Part shown: in pieces, positions 37,134 to 49,595 of the stretch
Layout of the letters: each line of letters begins with the position of its first letter
How positions within the stretch are numbered: the stretch's first letter is position 1
Source of the DNA: an uncultured delta proteobacterium
GTDB lineage: Bacteria; Desulfobacterota; Binatia; UBA9968
Length of the DNA stretch: 64,000 nucleotides
Direction of reading: 5' to 3'
Assembly: GCA_963745835.1 (NCBI GenBank)
Contig: CAVUZH010000004.1
Span: forward strand, 1 to 64,000
Notes under the pieces: model-generated
The model's input: only the letters and a program-made list of their open reading frames with translations
Told to the model about the DNA's origin: nothing
Databases searched by the model: none
Translations under genes and position numbers: made by a program

Positions 37134-39781
37134 TGACTGGAAACGACATTCGCAGATCCTTCTTGGATTATTTCACGAGGCAATCTCATACGATTGTGAA
37201 GAGTTCTTCGCTGGTGCCGGACAAAGACCCGACCTTGCTCTTCACCAACGCCGGCATGGTGCAATTTAAGAACGTTTTTCTTGGCCAGGAACGGCTGCCC
37301 TACTCGCGCGCCGCAAGCTCTCAGAAGTGTTTGCGCATCAGCGGCAAACACAACGATCTGGAGGCGGTCGGCAGGGATACCTACCATCACACGTTCTTTG
37401 AGATGTTGGGCAACTGGTCCTTCGGCGACTATTACAAAGCCGAAGCGATTGAGTGGGCCTGGGAGCTGCTCACCCGAGAGTGGAGTTTGCCCAAAGAGAA
37501 GCTCTGGGCGACGGTATATCTCGACGACGATGAAGCTGAGCGGCTGTGGGCCAGAATCAGCGGGCTGCCGGCGGAGCGCATTCGGCGCTTCGGGGCGAAG
37601 GAAAACTTTTGGGAGATGGGCGAGACCGGGCCCTGCGGGCCCTGTAGCGAGATCCACCTCGACCGCGGACCTGAAGCGTGCGACAGGAAGGGCCTGGTAG
37701 GCCACGTCTGCCAAGTCAATGGCGATTGCGCCCGGTACATCGAGCTCTGGAATCTTGTTTTTATTCAGTACAACCGCAAAGACAACCGCGAGCTGGAAGA
37801 GCTGCCGTCAAAACACGTTGATACCGGCATGGGCTTGGAACGCATTACGGCGGTGCTGCAAAACGTGCTGTCGAATTACGATATCGACTACATGCGCGAG
37901 CTAACGGCGGCGGTCGAAAGCCTGACCGGGAAACGATATGGCGACGATGCCGCGGCCGATATTTCCTTCCGTGTAATCGACGATCACGCCAGAGCTGTCA
38001 GCTTTCTCATTGCCGATGGTGTGATGCCCAGCAACGAGGGGCGTGGCTACGTCTTACGACGATTGCTTAGAAGGGCGGCGCGTCACGGCCGTCTGATCGG
38101 ATTGAAGGAACCGTTTCTTTACCAGGTCGCGGGCACCGTCGGAAAAGTGATGGGCGAGGCCTATGCTGAGCTTCGAACTGAAGCACAGCGTATCCGTGAG
38201 ATTATCCGCAATGAGGAAGAGCGGTTCAGTGAAACCTTGGAGAAGGGACTGGTGATTCTCGAAGACGCCGCCGCAAAACTGAAACAGCAAAACCAGAAGA
38301 CGCTGCCAGGCGACGTTGCATTTCGGCTGTACGACACTTACGGTTTTCCGCTGGACCTGACCGAAGACATTCTTCGCACCGAGAATATTTCCGTCGATCA
38401 GCAAGGTTTCGAGAATCTCATGGAGACACAGCGTTCCCGCGGTCGCGAAGCGCGGGCGATTGCGATGGACGTTTTTGACCAGGTTGCGGTCGCGGATGCG
38501 GTGACAGCGACTAAGTTCATCGGCTACGATCATCTCGAGGCAGAGTCGACCGTCGTCGCCCTCTATGCTAACGGAGCAAGTAGAACGGAAGCTGTGGAAG
38601 GCGATGTGATCGATCTACTCACGGCTGTGACGCCTTTCTATGGAGAATCGGGCGGTCAGGTTGGTGACCGGGGTACCATTACCAGCGCGCGAGGCGATGT
38701 CATACAGGTGATGGATACCCAGCATCCAACGCCGCAACTCACAGTACATCGGGGTCAAGTAAAGAGAGGCCGCATTCAACTCGGTGATAAAGTGCATTTG
38801 GAAGTCGATCAAAAAAATCGCCAGAAGACCAGATTGAACCACTCGGCGACTCATATCCTTCATGCGGTGATGCGAGAGCAACTAGGCAGCCATGTGCGAC
38901 AAGCCGGTTCTCTAGTGACGCCGGATCGGCTGCGTTTCGATTTTAACCACACCGGTACAATATCCGATGAGAAACTTGCCGATATCGAAACCACTGTCAA
39001 CGACCGAATCCGGCAAGATGCGGCCGTCTCGATCGAGGAAACAAGTTTTGATGACGCGTTGCGAAAAGGCGCGTTAGCATTCTTTGGCGATAAGTACGGT
39101 GATCGGGTGCGGCTGGTAAAGATCGGCGATTTTTCCACCGAGTTATGCGGCGGCACGCACGTTCATCATTCCGGCCAAATAGGCATTTTCAAGCTTCACG
39201 CCGAGGCAGGTGTGGCTGCGGGGGTACGACGAGTCGAAGCAGTCACCGGCGAAGGGGCGCTCGGGTTGATCCGACGCTACGAGGACGACTTAAAGCAAAT
39301 CGGCCACATGCTGCGCGCCGGCGAAGACAGCGCCGTCGAGCGCGTCAGGAAACTATTGCAGCAGCAAAAGGAGCTGGAAAAGGAGATCGATCGCCTACGC
39401 GCTCAACTTGGCAAGAACCAGATTCCGGACATTTTGGCTAGAAAAGAAAAAATTAATGGCATCGACGTCTTAATCAGCTGCGTTGACGGAGTCGATCCCA
39501 AGCAATTGCGGGAGCTTGCCGATCAACTCAAAGAACAGATGCCCGCCGGTTTTATATTTCTCGCCAGCCAAGGAGACAATGGAGTAAATCTTGTGGCGAG
39601 CGCGAGCACCGATCTTGCCAAGCGGATCCATGCGGGAAACATAATCAAAGAAGTCGCGCCCATCGTCGGTGGTGGCGGCGGCGGCCGGCCTGATTTCGCT
39701 CAAGCTGGCGGCAAGAATCCAGCGCGAACAGACGAAGCCTTGGCTGAGGTTAAGAAAATCGTCAGCGCAAAGCTGTCTTGA
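37130..39781 (+). CDS. alaS: Alanine--tRNA ligase
   Basis: DPTLLFTNAGM, HHTFFEMLGNWSFGDY, NHSATH, ELCGGTH, GGGGRPDFAQAGG. Confidence 0.99.
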   Translation: MMTGNDIRRSFLDYFTRQSHTIVKSSSLVPDKDPTLLFTNAGMVQFKNVFLGQERLPYSRAASSQKCLRISGKHNDLEAVGRDTYHHTFFEMLGNWSFGDYYKAEAIEWAWELLTREWSLPKEKLWATVYLDDDEAERLWARISGLPAERIRRFGAKENFWEMGETGPCGPCSEIHLDRGPEACDRKGLVGHVCQVNGDCARYIELWNLVFIQYNRKDNRELEELPSKHVDTGMGLERITAVLQNVLSNYDIDYMRELTAAVESLTGKRYGDDAAADISFRVIDDHARAVSFLIADGVMPSNEGRGYVLRRLLRRAARHGRLIGLKEPFLYQVAGTVGKVMGEAYAELRTEAQRIREIIRNEEERFSETLEKGLVILEDAAAKLKQQNQKTLPGDVAFRLYDTYGFPLDLTEDILRTENISVDQQGFENLMETQRSRGREARAIAMDVFDQVAVADAVTATKFIGYDHLEAESTVVALYANGASRTEAVEGDVIDLLTAVTPFYGESGGQVGDRGTITSARGDVIQVMDTQHPTPQLTVHRGQVKRGRIQLGDKVHLEVDQKNRQKTRLNHSATHILHAVMREQLGSHVRQAGSLVTPDRLRFDFNHTGTISDEKLADIETTVNDRIRQDAAVSIEETSFDDALRKGALAFFGDKYGDRVRLVKIGDFSTELCGGTHVHHSGQIGIFKLHAEAGVAAGVRRVEAVTGEGALGLIRRYEDDLKQIGHMLRAGEDSAVERVRKLLQQQKELEKEIDRLRAQLGKNQIPDILARKEKINGIDVLISCVDGVDPKQLRELADQLKEQMPAGFIFLASQGDNGVNLVASASTDLAKRIHAGNIIKEVAPIVGGGGGGRPDFAQAGGKNPARTDEALAEVKKIVSAKLS

Positions 39782-40206
39782 TGAAAGTAAACACCTCAAA
39801 GCTAACCGAGACCACCCAGGGTTTTTGCGACATCATCGATATTACCGCCAAAGTGGCAGCGCAAGTCCGGGACGCCGAGATCAAGGACGGCTTAGTTGCT
39901 CTTTTCGTCACCGGCTCGACTGCTGCTCTCACTACCATCGAACATGAGCCAGGACTCGTTCAAGACCTCAAAGAGCTCATCGAAAAATTGATTCCTTCTG
40001 ACAGACGCTATCATCATGACGATCGATGGGGCGACGATAATGGATTTTCTCATCTGAGAGCGTCACTGTTTGGACCCTCACTGCAGATTCCCGTCGCACA
40101 TGGCCGCCTAGCTCTCGGCACGTGGCAACAAATCATTCTTCTCGATTTCGATAACCGGCCACGAACCAGGGAGATCGTCGTCCAGCTCATAGGAGGTAGG
40201 GAGTGA
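39778..40206 (+). CDS. yjbQ: YjbQ/UPF0047 family protein
   Basis: GSTAALTTIE, DNGFSHLRASL, LGTWQQI..DFD. Confidence 0.85.
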   Translation: MMKVNTSKLTETTQGFCDIIDITAKVAAQVRDAEIKDGLVALFVTGSTAALTTIEHEPGLVQDLKELIEKLIPSDRRYHHDDRWGDDNGFSHLRASLFGPSLQIPVAHGRLALGTWQQIILLDFDNRPRTREIVVQLIGGRE

Positions 40207-41228
40207 AAGACGAGAAGAACAGATCGCTGACGAGTGCGCTACCAAAAGAAAACGCACACTTGGAACTTAACGATCCACGCCTGTTCCGCGATCTCTTAGG
40301 CCAACACGATCAGCATATCAAAATTCTGCAGCAGGCTTTGGATGTGAGAATTCGGGTGCGCGGCTCGTCCCTCGAAATCGAAGGCGACCCTCTCCAAGTG
40401 GAGCTTGCCGGTCAGATTATCCGTCAGCTTTACGGGCTATTGGAAAAAGGCTATCCGGTCTATCCCAGCGATGTCGACTATGCCATTCGCATTCTGAGCG
40501 GCGACAGCAGGGCTAAACTACAGGATATCTTTCTCGACACCATCTATATCTCAGCGCACAAGCGGACGATCACTCCGAAAAGCATCGCGCAAAAGGCTTA
40601 CATCGATGCTATTCGCCGCTATGACATCGTATTCGGGATCGGACCGGCAGGTACTGGCAAAACTTATTTAGCCATGGCCATGGCGGTTGCCGAGCTGATG
40701 AAAAACAATTTTGTGCGCATCATTCTCACTCGCCCGGCAGTGGAGGCCGGCGAGAAGTTAGGTTTTCTGCCCGGCGATTTAGCTGAGAAGGTCAATCCGT
40801 ATCTGCGACCGCTGTATGATGCGCTGCATGACATGGTGGATTTCGATCGCGCGCGGAAATTGGTCGAGCGCGGCACCATCGAGGTTGCGCCGCTCGCCTT
40901 CATGCGAGGACGAACATTGAACGATTCCTTCGTAATCCTCGATGAAGCGCAGAACACAACCCCCGAACAGATGAAGATGTTCCTCACCCGCCTGGGCTAT
41001 GGCTCAAAGGCGGTCATCACCGGCGATGCGACGCAAATCGATCTACCTGCGGGAAAGGCTTCGGGACTGAAGGAGGCTTTTCGCATTCTCAGGGGGGTAC
41101 ACGGCATCCGCTTCGTCAACTTCACCGAAAAGGATGTTGCCCGTCATCATTTGGTGCAAGAGATCATCACCGCCTATGAGCGCGATGAGAACCAGATTGC
41201 CTCGGCAGAGCTTGCTGATAAGAGATAA
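40203..41228 (+). CDS. phoH: PhoH-family ATPase (YbeZ-like)
   Basis: GPAGTGKT, RPAVEAGEKLGFLPG, FMRGRT, DEAQN. Confidence 0.93.
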   Translation: MKDEKNRSLTSALPKENAHLELNDPRLFRDLLGQHDQHIKILQQALDVRIRVRGSSLEIEGDPLQVELAGQIIRQLYGLLEKGYPVYPSDVDYAIRILSGDSRAKLQDIFLDTIYISAHKRTITPKSIAQKAYIDAIRRYDIVFGIGPAGTGKTYLAMAMAVAELMKNNFVRIILTRPAVEAGEKLGFLPGDLAEKVNPYLRPLYDALHDMVDFDRARKLVERGTIEVAPLAFMRGRTLNDSFVILDEAQNTTPEQMKMFLTRLGYGSKAVITGDATQIDLPAGKASGLKEAFRILRGVHGIRFVNFTEKDVARHHLVQEIITAYERDENQIASAELADKR

Positions 41229-41269
41229 CGCCAAGCTGCTGCATGATTGCGGCAAACATAGGAGTTGCA

Positions 41270-42396
41270 CTACTGAACTGCTTCGAGTGTTACTTTCGTC
41301 TGGACGGTTTTACCATCGCGCAGCAGCGCCACAGTCACGGTATCGCCGACCTGGTGATTTTCCAGAATCAGAAAAAGGTCATTGGGTGACTCCACCTTTT
41401 TACCTTCGATAGCAGTAATCACATCGCCGAGAATCAGCCGTCCCGAGCTCTCACGCCGGGTCGGTCGAATTCCTGCTTTGGCCGGACCGCCGCGCATCAC
41501 ATCCATGATCAAAACTCCGTTGACTCCTATTTCTTGGCGATTTGTTCTTCGGCCAATTCGACTCCCAGGCCCGGCCTGATTATCTTTCCGCTGCGAATCA
41601 ACTCCGGCACAATTCGATTAACCGCGTCGAGTGGAATGGCAAAGCCGATACCCGCCGAAGCTCCCGTTGGGCTATAAATGTTGACCCCGATCAAACGTCC
41701 CGCGCTGTCGAGCAAGGGACCGCCGGAGTTTCCCGGATTGATCGCTGCGTCAGTTTGAATGACCCCCTTGTATGGGACGGCGGGTCACCGAATCGATTTC
41801 GCGGCCAAGCGCGCTGATCACGCCCGTGGTCAATGATTGGTCAAGACCGAAAGGGTTGCCGATGGCAAAGACGCTCTGGCCAACTTGTAATTCCTTGGAT
41901 GTTCCCAGTGGAATCGGGCGCAGCCGATTAGCCGGCGCATCGATTCGCAGGACTGCTAGATCCTTATCAGCAGCAACGCCGACGACCTGTGCCTTCCAAT
42001 TGGATTAATCACCTAAAGTCACTTGGGTGGTAGCGGCATTCTGAATAACGTGAAAATTGGTGATGATGTTGCCTTTGGTATCCCAAACAAATCCGGAACC
42101 GGTCCCTTGCGTATCTGGTAAAGATTCAACGTAAACAGATCCCGTTGAACTCCGATAGCGGGGATGTTGACCACCGCGCGTGATGCTTGTCTAATAGCCC
42201 AATGGTCGACCTTTCATCGGACCAAAGCTCCCCGCGTGGCGAGACTGCACGCGGGGGCGGCCTTGGGATCATTTAAGGTGGCGCTATCAAGCCACGGTTG
42301 TTGACCCAATACAAACGTCACTAACGCAATCGAAATCGTGGCCGCAATGGCCGCCCAATGGGACAGCCCGGCCTTAGGAGAATTATTATTGTCCAT
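41270..42396 (-). pseudogene. HtrA/DegP-type serine protease with PDZ domain, inactivated
   Basis: [43 protein letters not shown] in several frames. In-frame TAA near 42007 (LGD*SNW) and short deletions. Confidence 0.85.
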
Positions 42397-42457
42397 CTGC
42401 AGTCCTTTTGAGCTGTGGAACTTCGATATTATCTGTGTAGTTTTCGACCAACCGCTA

Positions 42458-42519
42458 AACCTAGGGACGGGTGAAGTTATTGTCAAGCAATTGACTCGTC
42501 GATGCCCGATGCTTAGGTT
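42458..42519. promoter_or_regulatory. Back-to-back divergent promoters for the htrA-like gene and hsp20
   Basis: Minus strand TTGACA-N17-TAGGTT (42486-42458). Plus strand TTGACT-N17-TAGGTT (42491-42519). Confidence 0.65.
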
Positions 42520-42559
42520 TCCGTCAGAAAATCTAACGCCGCCTGGAAGGAGGGCAATC

Positions 42560-43006
42560 ATGGAATCGACGAGATGGGAACCTTATGATGGACTGAACCG
42601 ATTACAAGCTCGGATTCACGATCTATTTGATGAGAGTCTTAATCGGGCTCGGTCATACCCGAACGCAGCTGGAGGATCGTGGCTACCCCCGGTGGATATC
42701 CTGGAGAGCAAGGAGGCCTACCTCATTCGGGCCGAACTTCCGGGGATGAAAAAAGAGAACTTCAACCTGGAATTCAATGATGGGACTTTGACCCTTAGCG
42801 GGGAGAGGAAATTCGACGAACCCGCTAACGGCGTAGAGTACCATCGCGTCGAAAGAGTTTCCGGAAAGTTTTCGCGATCCTTCCACCTACCGCAAACCGT
42901 GAAGCCGGATGCGATTAGCGCCAATTATCGCGATGGCATACTTGAAATACAGGTGCCTAAAGCGGATGAGGCAAAACCCCGCCAGATCGCCATCAATGTA
43001 AGCTGA
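42560..43006 (+). CDS. Hsp20/alpha-crystallin small heat-shock protein
   Basis: WLPPVDILE, AELPG, LTLSGER, ERVSGKFSRSF.LP, ANYRDGILEI. AAGGAGG RBS. Confidence 0.95.
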   Translation: MESTRWEPYDGLNRLQARIHDLFDESLNRARSYPNAAGGSWLPPVDILESKEAYLIRAELPGMKKENFNLEFNDGTLTLSGERKFDEPANGVEYHRVERVSGKFSRSFHLPQTVKPDAISANYRDGILEIQVPKADEAKPRQIAINVS

Positions 43007-43017
43007 AACCACCGCAG

Positions 43018-43051
43018 AGACCTGGGGGAAAAGACAAGCTCCCCCAGGTCT
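43018..43051 (+). terminator. Stem-loop after hsp20
   Basis: AGACCTGGGGGA-N10-TCCCCCAGGTCT, perfect 12-bp stem with a weak T tract. Confidence 0.6.
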
Positions 43052-43187
43052 TCCCTATTGTACCTGTCGCGCGAGCTTGCGGCTCCGCGACGCAGCATCT
43101 CGACAACCTTGATCACCGTCCAAGAACTTTCTTTTTCCTGACACACTGCCGATTCCGCCCCCATGAATGTGTTCTCGATACAACATT

Positions 43188-43225
43188 AAAAAAGGGGCGT
43201 CCCGAATTCGGGGCGCCCCTTTTTT
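43188..43225. terminator. Bidirectional rho-independent terminator after groEL
   Basis: AAAAAAGGGGCGTCCCG-AATT-CGGGGCGCCCCTTTTTT. Confidence 0.9.
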
Positions 43226-43252
43226 CACTTGACGCTATTCGTTTAGTCGCTG

Positions 43253-44891
<1,639 letters not shown>

Positions 44892-45182
44892 TTATTCAAT
44901 TACACCGAGGATGTCATCTTCGCGCATGATCAGATGCTCCTCGCCATCAAGCTTGATTTCCGTGCCAGAGTATTTGCCAAAAAGAATCTTATCGCCTGCC
45001 TTCACTCCCAGGGGTATAACCTTACCGTCATCCTGTCTACCGGGACCGGCGGCGACGACCTTACCTTCCTGTGGCTTTTCTTTAGCCGTGTCGGGAATGA
45101 TGATACCTCCCTTGGATTTCTCTTCCTCCTCAATGCGCTTCACTATCACCCTATCGTGTAGGGGACGAATCTTCGTTGCCAT
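44892..45182 (-). CDS. groES: Co-chaperonin GroES
   Basis: [33 protein letters not shown]. Confidence 0.98.
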   Translation of the reverse strand: MATKIRPLHDRVIVKRIEEEEKSKGGIIIPDTAKEKPQEGKVVAAGPGRQDDGKVIPLGVKAGDKILFGKYSGTEIKLDGEEHLIMREDDILGVIE

Positions 45183-45286
45183 TTTTCCTCCTGAAATACC
45201 TGAATTTACATGTCCCGAAGGACAGGTTGGGTTGGCCTCAATTTAATCTCGCTTAGCTAATCGTCAAGGGGGTGAGAAGAAAATTT

Positions 45287-45669
45287 CTACTTACCGGATG
45301 CCTTTGGCGGACTCGCGATGCTCCTCAAGTAGGCAAGTAAATCCTGCAGCTGATTCTCTTTCAAAACGCCACCCCAGCCAGGCATAAAAGAAGACTTACC
45401 GACCGCGGCACCACCTTTGGAAATGATATTTATAAGGAATTCGTCGGAAAATGAGCTCATTAGTTTGCCGTCGGTGTGGTCCGCAGGCTTTACAGGAAGC
45501 GCTTTTCCCGCTGCCCCATCGCCTCGTCCTTTATCTCCATGACAGCTCGAACAGTAGGTCGTATAAAGCTTTTGCCCCTCTGCCGCGCTCTGAGCCCGGC
45601 CCAAGCCGGGAGCGCCGCAAGAGTGAGAGCGACAAAAGTCAGACCTAAGATACTGATTCGCTGCAACAT
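45287..45669 (-). CDS. Monoheme c-type cytochrome (frameshift near 45600, after the signal peptide)
   Basis: MLQRISILGLTFVALTLAALPAWA then QSAAEGQKLY..CSSCH..MPGW. Confidence 0.85.
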
Positions 45670-45884
45670 GACGTCAAGACTCTTCGACAAAATTAAACTT
45701 CTCTCATGTAGCAGATATGTAATTCGAAACGGTAGAGATTGGCAGACAAGTATGGACAAATCGCTATCGGTAGTGACAACATAATCCGTATCCGCATCAC
45801 GATATTTTCGGCTGATTTAGTTGTCGCTATGGCCGAAATAGTGATAAGAGACTGAACTGAATACAGCGAAAAGCGGAGGTATTT

Positions 45885-46505
45885 ATGCTCAAGATTTGGG
45901 GCCGCACAGACTCATCGAATGTGCAAAAAGTGCTCTGGTGCTGCGGCGAGATTGGTTTGGAATTTAATCGGGTAGACTGGGGCGGAAAATTTGGCGGTAA
46001 TAAAGACAAAGCTTATCGAGATATGAACCCGAACGGCTTAGTGCCGACCATTCAAGACGGCGACTTTGTTCTTTGGGAGTCCAACTCGATCATGCGCTAT
46101 CTAGTCGAAAAATACGGTCACGGAAGACTCCTGCCGTCGACACCGGAAGGCCGCGCCAATGCCAATCGATGGATGGACTGGCAGCTTTCCACATTCAATC
46201 CGATCATCGTACCGCTTTTTTTTGCGACCATTCGAACGCCGGCAGACAAACGCGACCCTAAAGCAATTGAATCTGCCTTAGACAAGAGCTCTCAAGCATG
46301 GCAGATCGTTGAGAACCATTTGGAGGGAAATAAATATTTAGCCGGCGACGAATTCTCGATCGGTGATATCCCCCTAGGGGTTTGGGCGCATCGTTGGTTC
46401 AACCTGCCGATTGAACGGCCCAAACAGAAAAATCTCAGCGCTTGGTATGAACGATTAACCCAGCGCAAACCATACCAAACTCATATCATGATTCCGGTCA
46501 CGTGA
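45885..46505 (+). CDS. Glutathione S-transferase (GstB-like)
   Basis: IWGR..SSNVQKVLW, NPNGLVP, LWESNSI.RY, RWMDWQ. Confidence 0.9.
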   Translation: MLKIWGRTDSSNVQKVLWCCGEIGLEFNRVDWGGKFGGNKDKAYRDMNPNGLVPTIQDGDFVLWESNSIMRYLVEKYGHGRLLPSTPEGRANANRWMDWQLSTFNPIIVPLFFATIRTPADKRDPKAIESALDKSSQAWQIVENHLEGNKYLAGDEFSIGDIPLGVWAHRWFNLPIERPKQKNLSAWYERLTQRKPYQTHIMIPVT

Positions 46506-46557
46506 TGCGTCCCGCCACGTAGTTAGGTGGAGTAAAGGGCGCACAGGGCGTCTATGT

Positions 46558-48042
46558 TTATTTGATAAAAAAACGCAGTGATTGCGTGGTGTATTGGCTT
46601 AACGGCGAGAAATAGATTCCCAAAATAACGGTTAGAACCGCCAACGGCACCATTAAGGTGAAGTTGTGCCCGGCAATGGCGACCGCTTTATCGCCCGGAT
46701 CGGGAGTATCCAAAAACATCACCTTGACAACCTTGGCATAGTAATAGAGGGAGATGACGCTGTTCGCTACCGCGACCAACGCCAGAATGATAAAGGCTCC
46801 GCCTTCTTTCAAAACCGCGGCAAAGAGAAAAAATTTGCCGATGAATCCGGCGAAAGGAGGCAAGCCGGTCAGCGAAAACAGGAAAATGGAAAAGCAAACT
46901 GCCGGCACAACCGCGCCGCGCCAAGCTAGCCCGCGATAGCCATCGATGTCTTCGCTGCCGGTATGATTAGCCACCATGGCAACCACTAGGAACGCGCCGA
47001 CATTCATAATCAAATAGACGACGATGTAAAACAGGATGGCGCTGAGGCCGTCATTAGTCAGTATTGCCAATCCCATGAGCATGTAGCCGGCATGAGCGAT
47101 GCCTGAATAAGCCAGCATGCGCTTTAAGTTTCTTTGATTGAGAGCGCACAGATTGCCCACGGTCATGGTGATCATGCTGGCGAACAACAGGATTTGAGGC
47201 CACTCAACACCCGGTACAAACGACCAATCGCCAGCGGCTGTAACGCTCGAGATGCCGGGATAAAAAAAACGAATCAAGATCGCCAGGCCGGCAGCATTAG
47301 AGGCCACTGAAAGAAACGCCGTGAACGGTGTCGGCGCTCCCTGATAAACGTCCGGTGACCACATATGAAACGGGACGAAGACAATTTTGTATCCGAAGCC
47401 GGCAAATACGAACATAAAGGCCATAAACAAACCTGCTTTGTTTATCTCGGTCTTTGCCAGCGTCTGTTGAATCGCCGCATAGTCGAGGCTGCCGGTCATG
47501 CCGAAGATCCAGCTCATGCCGTAAATCATCGTTCCTGAAGCGACGCCGCCGTAAATCAGGTATTTCAGCGCGGCCTCGCTCGAGCGCCGGTTTCGCGGCA
47601 AAAAGCCGGTGAGAACATAAGAGGTTAAACTCACCAGCTCGAGCGATAGATAGGCGGTCAGAAGATTACTCGACGAGGCCATGAAAAAAATGCCCAGAGC
47701 GCATGTCAATAGAAGGGTATAATATTCACCCTGATAAACCTGCTTGATCTCAGCGCTTCCGAGCGACATCCAGATCGCGCAAATCGCCGCCAGCAGAGTG
47801 ATTATTTTGAAAAAAAGGCTGAAATTGTCGAGCACAACCATGCGATGGAAGAGCCAGCCCTGCTGCGCGCTATAAAGATCAAAGGCAGACAACAACGACG
47901 CTACACACCCGATAATCGCCACTACCGCTAGATTACGCTTGTTGCGAATAAACAAGTCCAGAACGATAAGCAGTATGATAGTTCCCGTTAGGATTAGCTC
48001 CGGGCCAGAAAAACTCAAACTCTCTAAGTTGTTCAGATCCAT
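46558..48042 (-). CDS. nuoN: NADH-quinone oxidoreductase subunit N
   Basis: EAALKY, PFHMWSPDVYQGAP, KRMLAYS; operon position. Confidence 0.95.
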   Translation of the reverse strand: MDLNNLESLSFSGPELILTGTIILLIVLDLFIRNKRNLAVVAIIGCVASLLSAFDLYSAQQGWLFHRMVVLDNFSLFFKIITLLAAICAIWMSLGSAEIKQVYQGEYYTLLLTCALGIFFMASSSNLLTAYLSLELVSLTSYVLTGFLPRNRRSSEAALKYLIYGGVASGTMIYGMSWIFGMTGSLDYAAIQQTLAKTEINKAGLFMAFMFVFAGFGYKIVFVPFHMWSPDVYQGAPTPFTAFLSVASNAAGLAILIRFFYPGISSVTAAGDWSFVPGVEWPQILLFASMITMTVGNLCALNQRNLKRMLAYSGIAHAGYMLMGLAILTNDGLSAILFYIVVYLIMNVGAFLVVAMVANHTGSEDIDGYRGLAWRGAVVPAVCFSIFLFSLTGLPPFAGFIGKFFLFAAVLKEGGAFIILALVAVANSVISLYYYAKVVKVMFLDTPDPGDKAVAIAGHNFTLMVPLAVLTVILGIYFSPLSQYTTQSLRFFIK

Positions 48043-48048
48043 GGTCCG

Positions 48049-49572
48049 CTAAGAAGGCAGATGCGGAACGACAATCTGGTTGATGTTGTCGAGCGAGGCG
48101 CGCAATAGATCCAGAACCACGCTCGGGTAAACTCCAACCAGAATAACGATGGCTCCAAGAGGGATTAAGGTGAATAATTCCCGGCTATTGATCTCCGGGA
48201 GCGCTATGTATTTTTCATTGACCGGGCCGAGATAAACACGCTGTATGGTCCATAGTAAATATCCCGCCGTAAGAATCACACCGGTAGCGCCAAGGATCGC
48301 CAGGATGGGATATTTCTGCCATGTGCCGAGCAAAACCAATACCTCCGAGATAAATCCGGAAAGCCCGGGCAAACCCATCGAGGCAAAAACCGCCAGCGCG
48401 GTAACGCCTGTATACAGAGGCATCACCGCGGCCAGGCCACCAAAACCTTCGATGTCGCGATGGTGCGCCCGATCATAGATGACTCCAACCAGGAGAAAGA
48501 GCATGGCAGTGATCGTGCCGTGATTGAACATCTGCAACACCGCGCCATTGATTCCTTGAGTGGTAAAACTCGCCATGCCGAGCATCACGTATCCCATATG
48601 GCTGACGCTGGAATAGGCGACCAATTTCTTGAGATCGGTCTGCGCCATCGCGCACAGCGCGCCATATATGATATTCCACGCGCCGAGCGCGCCCAGGAGC
48701 CAATAAGCCATATCGGCGGTTGCTACCGGCATCATCGGATAGTTGATTCGGAGAATCCCATAGGTGCCCATTTTGAGAAGCACGCCTGCGAGAATGACCG
48801 ATATCGCCGTCGGTGCCTCGACGTGCGCGTCAGGAAGCCAGGTGTGAAATGGAAAAGCCGGAATCTTGATGGCAAAGCCGATAAACAAAGCAATCCAAAC
48901 TACGTGCTGGAAGCCCCAACGCAAATCAGTGAACGGCCAAAAGGGAAGAATTTGCGTGCTGTAGGTGTTGGCCTGCGCCATCATCACCGTCATATCGAAA
49001 GTGTTCGGATTGGTATTGAAATAGAGCGCCAACATCGCCAGCAGCATCAGCACGCTGCCAAAAAGGGTGTAAAGAAAAAACTTGATGGCGGCATACTCAC
49101 GCCGCGGCCCGCCCCATATGCCGATCAGGAAGTACATAGGTAGCAACATGACTTCCCAGAAAATATAGAAAAGAAAAAAGTCCAGAGCAGCGAAAACGCC
49201 CATCATTCCCGCTTCGAGCATGAGGAAAAGCGCGAAGTATCCCTTCACGCCTCGATCGATGCCGAACGAAGCAAAGATACACAGGAAGCTCAGCAGAGCC
49301 GTCAGCAGAATCATAGAAATGCTGAGACCATCGACACCGACGAAGTATTGGATGTTGTAAGCCGGAATCCATGGCAGCTTCTGAACAAACTGAAATCCGC
49401 TTTGGGTGGTGTCAAAGTTGGCGTAAAGCCAGCAGCCCATCAGTACGGGCGGCACAGTCGCTGCCGCCGAAACCCAGCGAATCAAATTGTATCCCTTGCT
49501 CGGCAGCAACAGCACGACGACCGCTCCGGCGAGAGGAATAAAAATCATGTACGTGAGAACGCTCTGTTCCAT
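48049..49572 (-). CDS. nuoM: NADH-quinone oxidoreductase subunit M
   Basis: FWEVMLLPMY, PFHTWLPDAHVEAP, KKLVAYSSVSHMG. Confidence 0.95.
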   Translation of the reverse strand: MEQSVLTYMIFIPLAGAVVVLLLPSKGYNLIRWVSAAATVPPVLMGCWLYANFDTTQSGFQFVQKLPWIPAYNIQYFVGVDGLSISMILLTALLSFLCIFASFGIDRGVKGYFALFLMLEAGMMGVFAALDFFLFYIFWEVMLLPMYFLIGIWGGPRREYAAIKFFLYTLFGSVLMLLAMLALYFNTNPNTFDMTVMMAQANTYSTQILPFWPFTDLRWGFQHVVWIALFIGFAIKIPAFPFHTWLPDAHVEAPTAISVILAGVLLKMGTYGILRINYPMMPVATADMAYWLLGALGAWNIIYGALCAMAQTDLKKLVAYSSVSHMGYVMLGMASFTTQGINGAVLQMFNHGTITAMLFLLVGVIYDRAHHRDIEGFGGLAAVMPLYTGVTALAVFASMGLPGLSGFISEVLVLLGTWQKYPILAILGATGVILTAGYLLWTIQRVYLGPVNEKYIALPEINSRELFTLIPLGAIVILVGVYPSVVLDLLRASLDNINQIVVPHLPS

Positions 49573-49595
49573 CTTCTACATTCTCCAGTTAAAAC

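Noticed and set aside
45183-45290. CIRCE/HrcA operator upstream of groES
   Set aside because: No TTAGCACTC-N9-GAGTGCTAA match.
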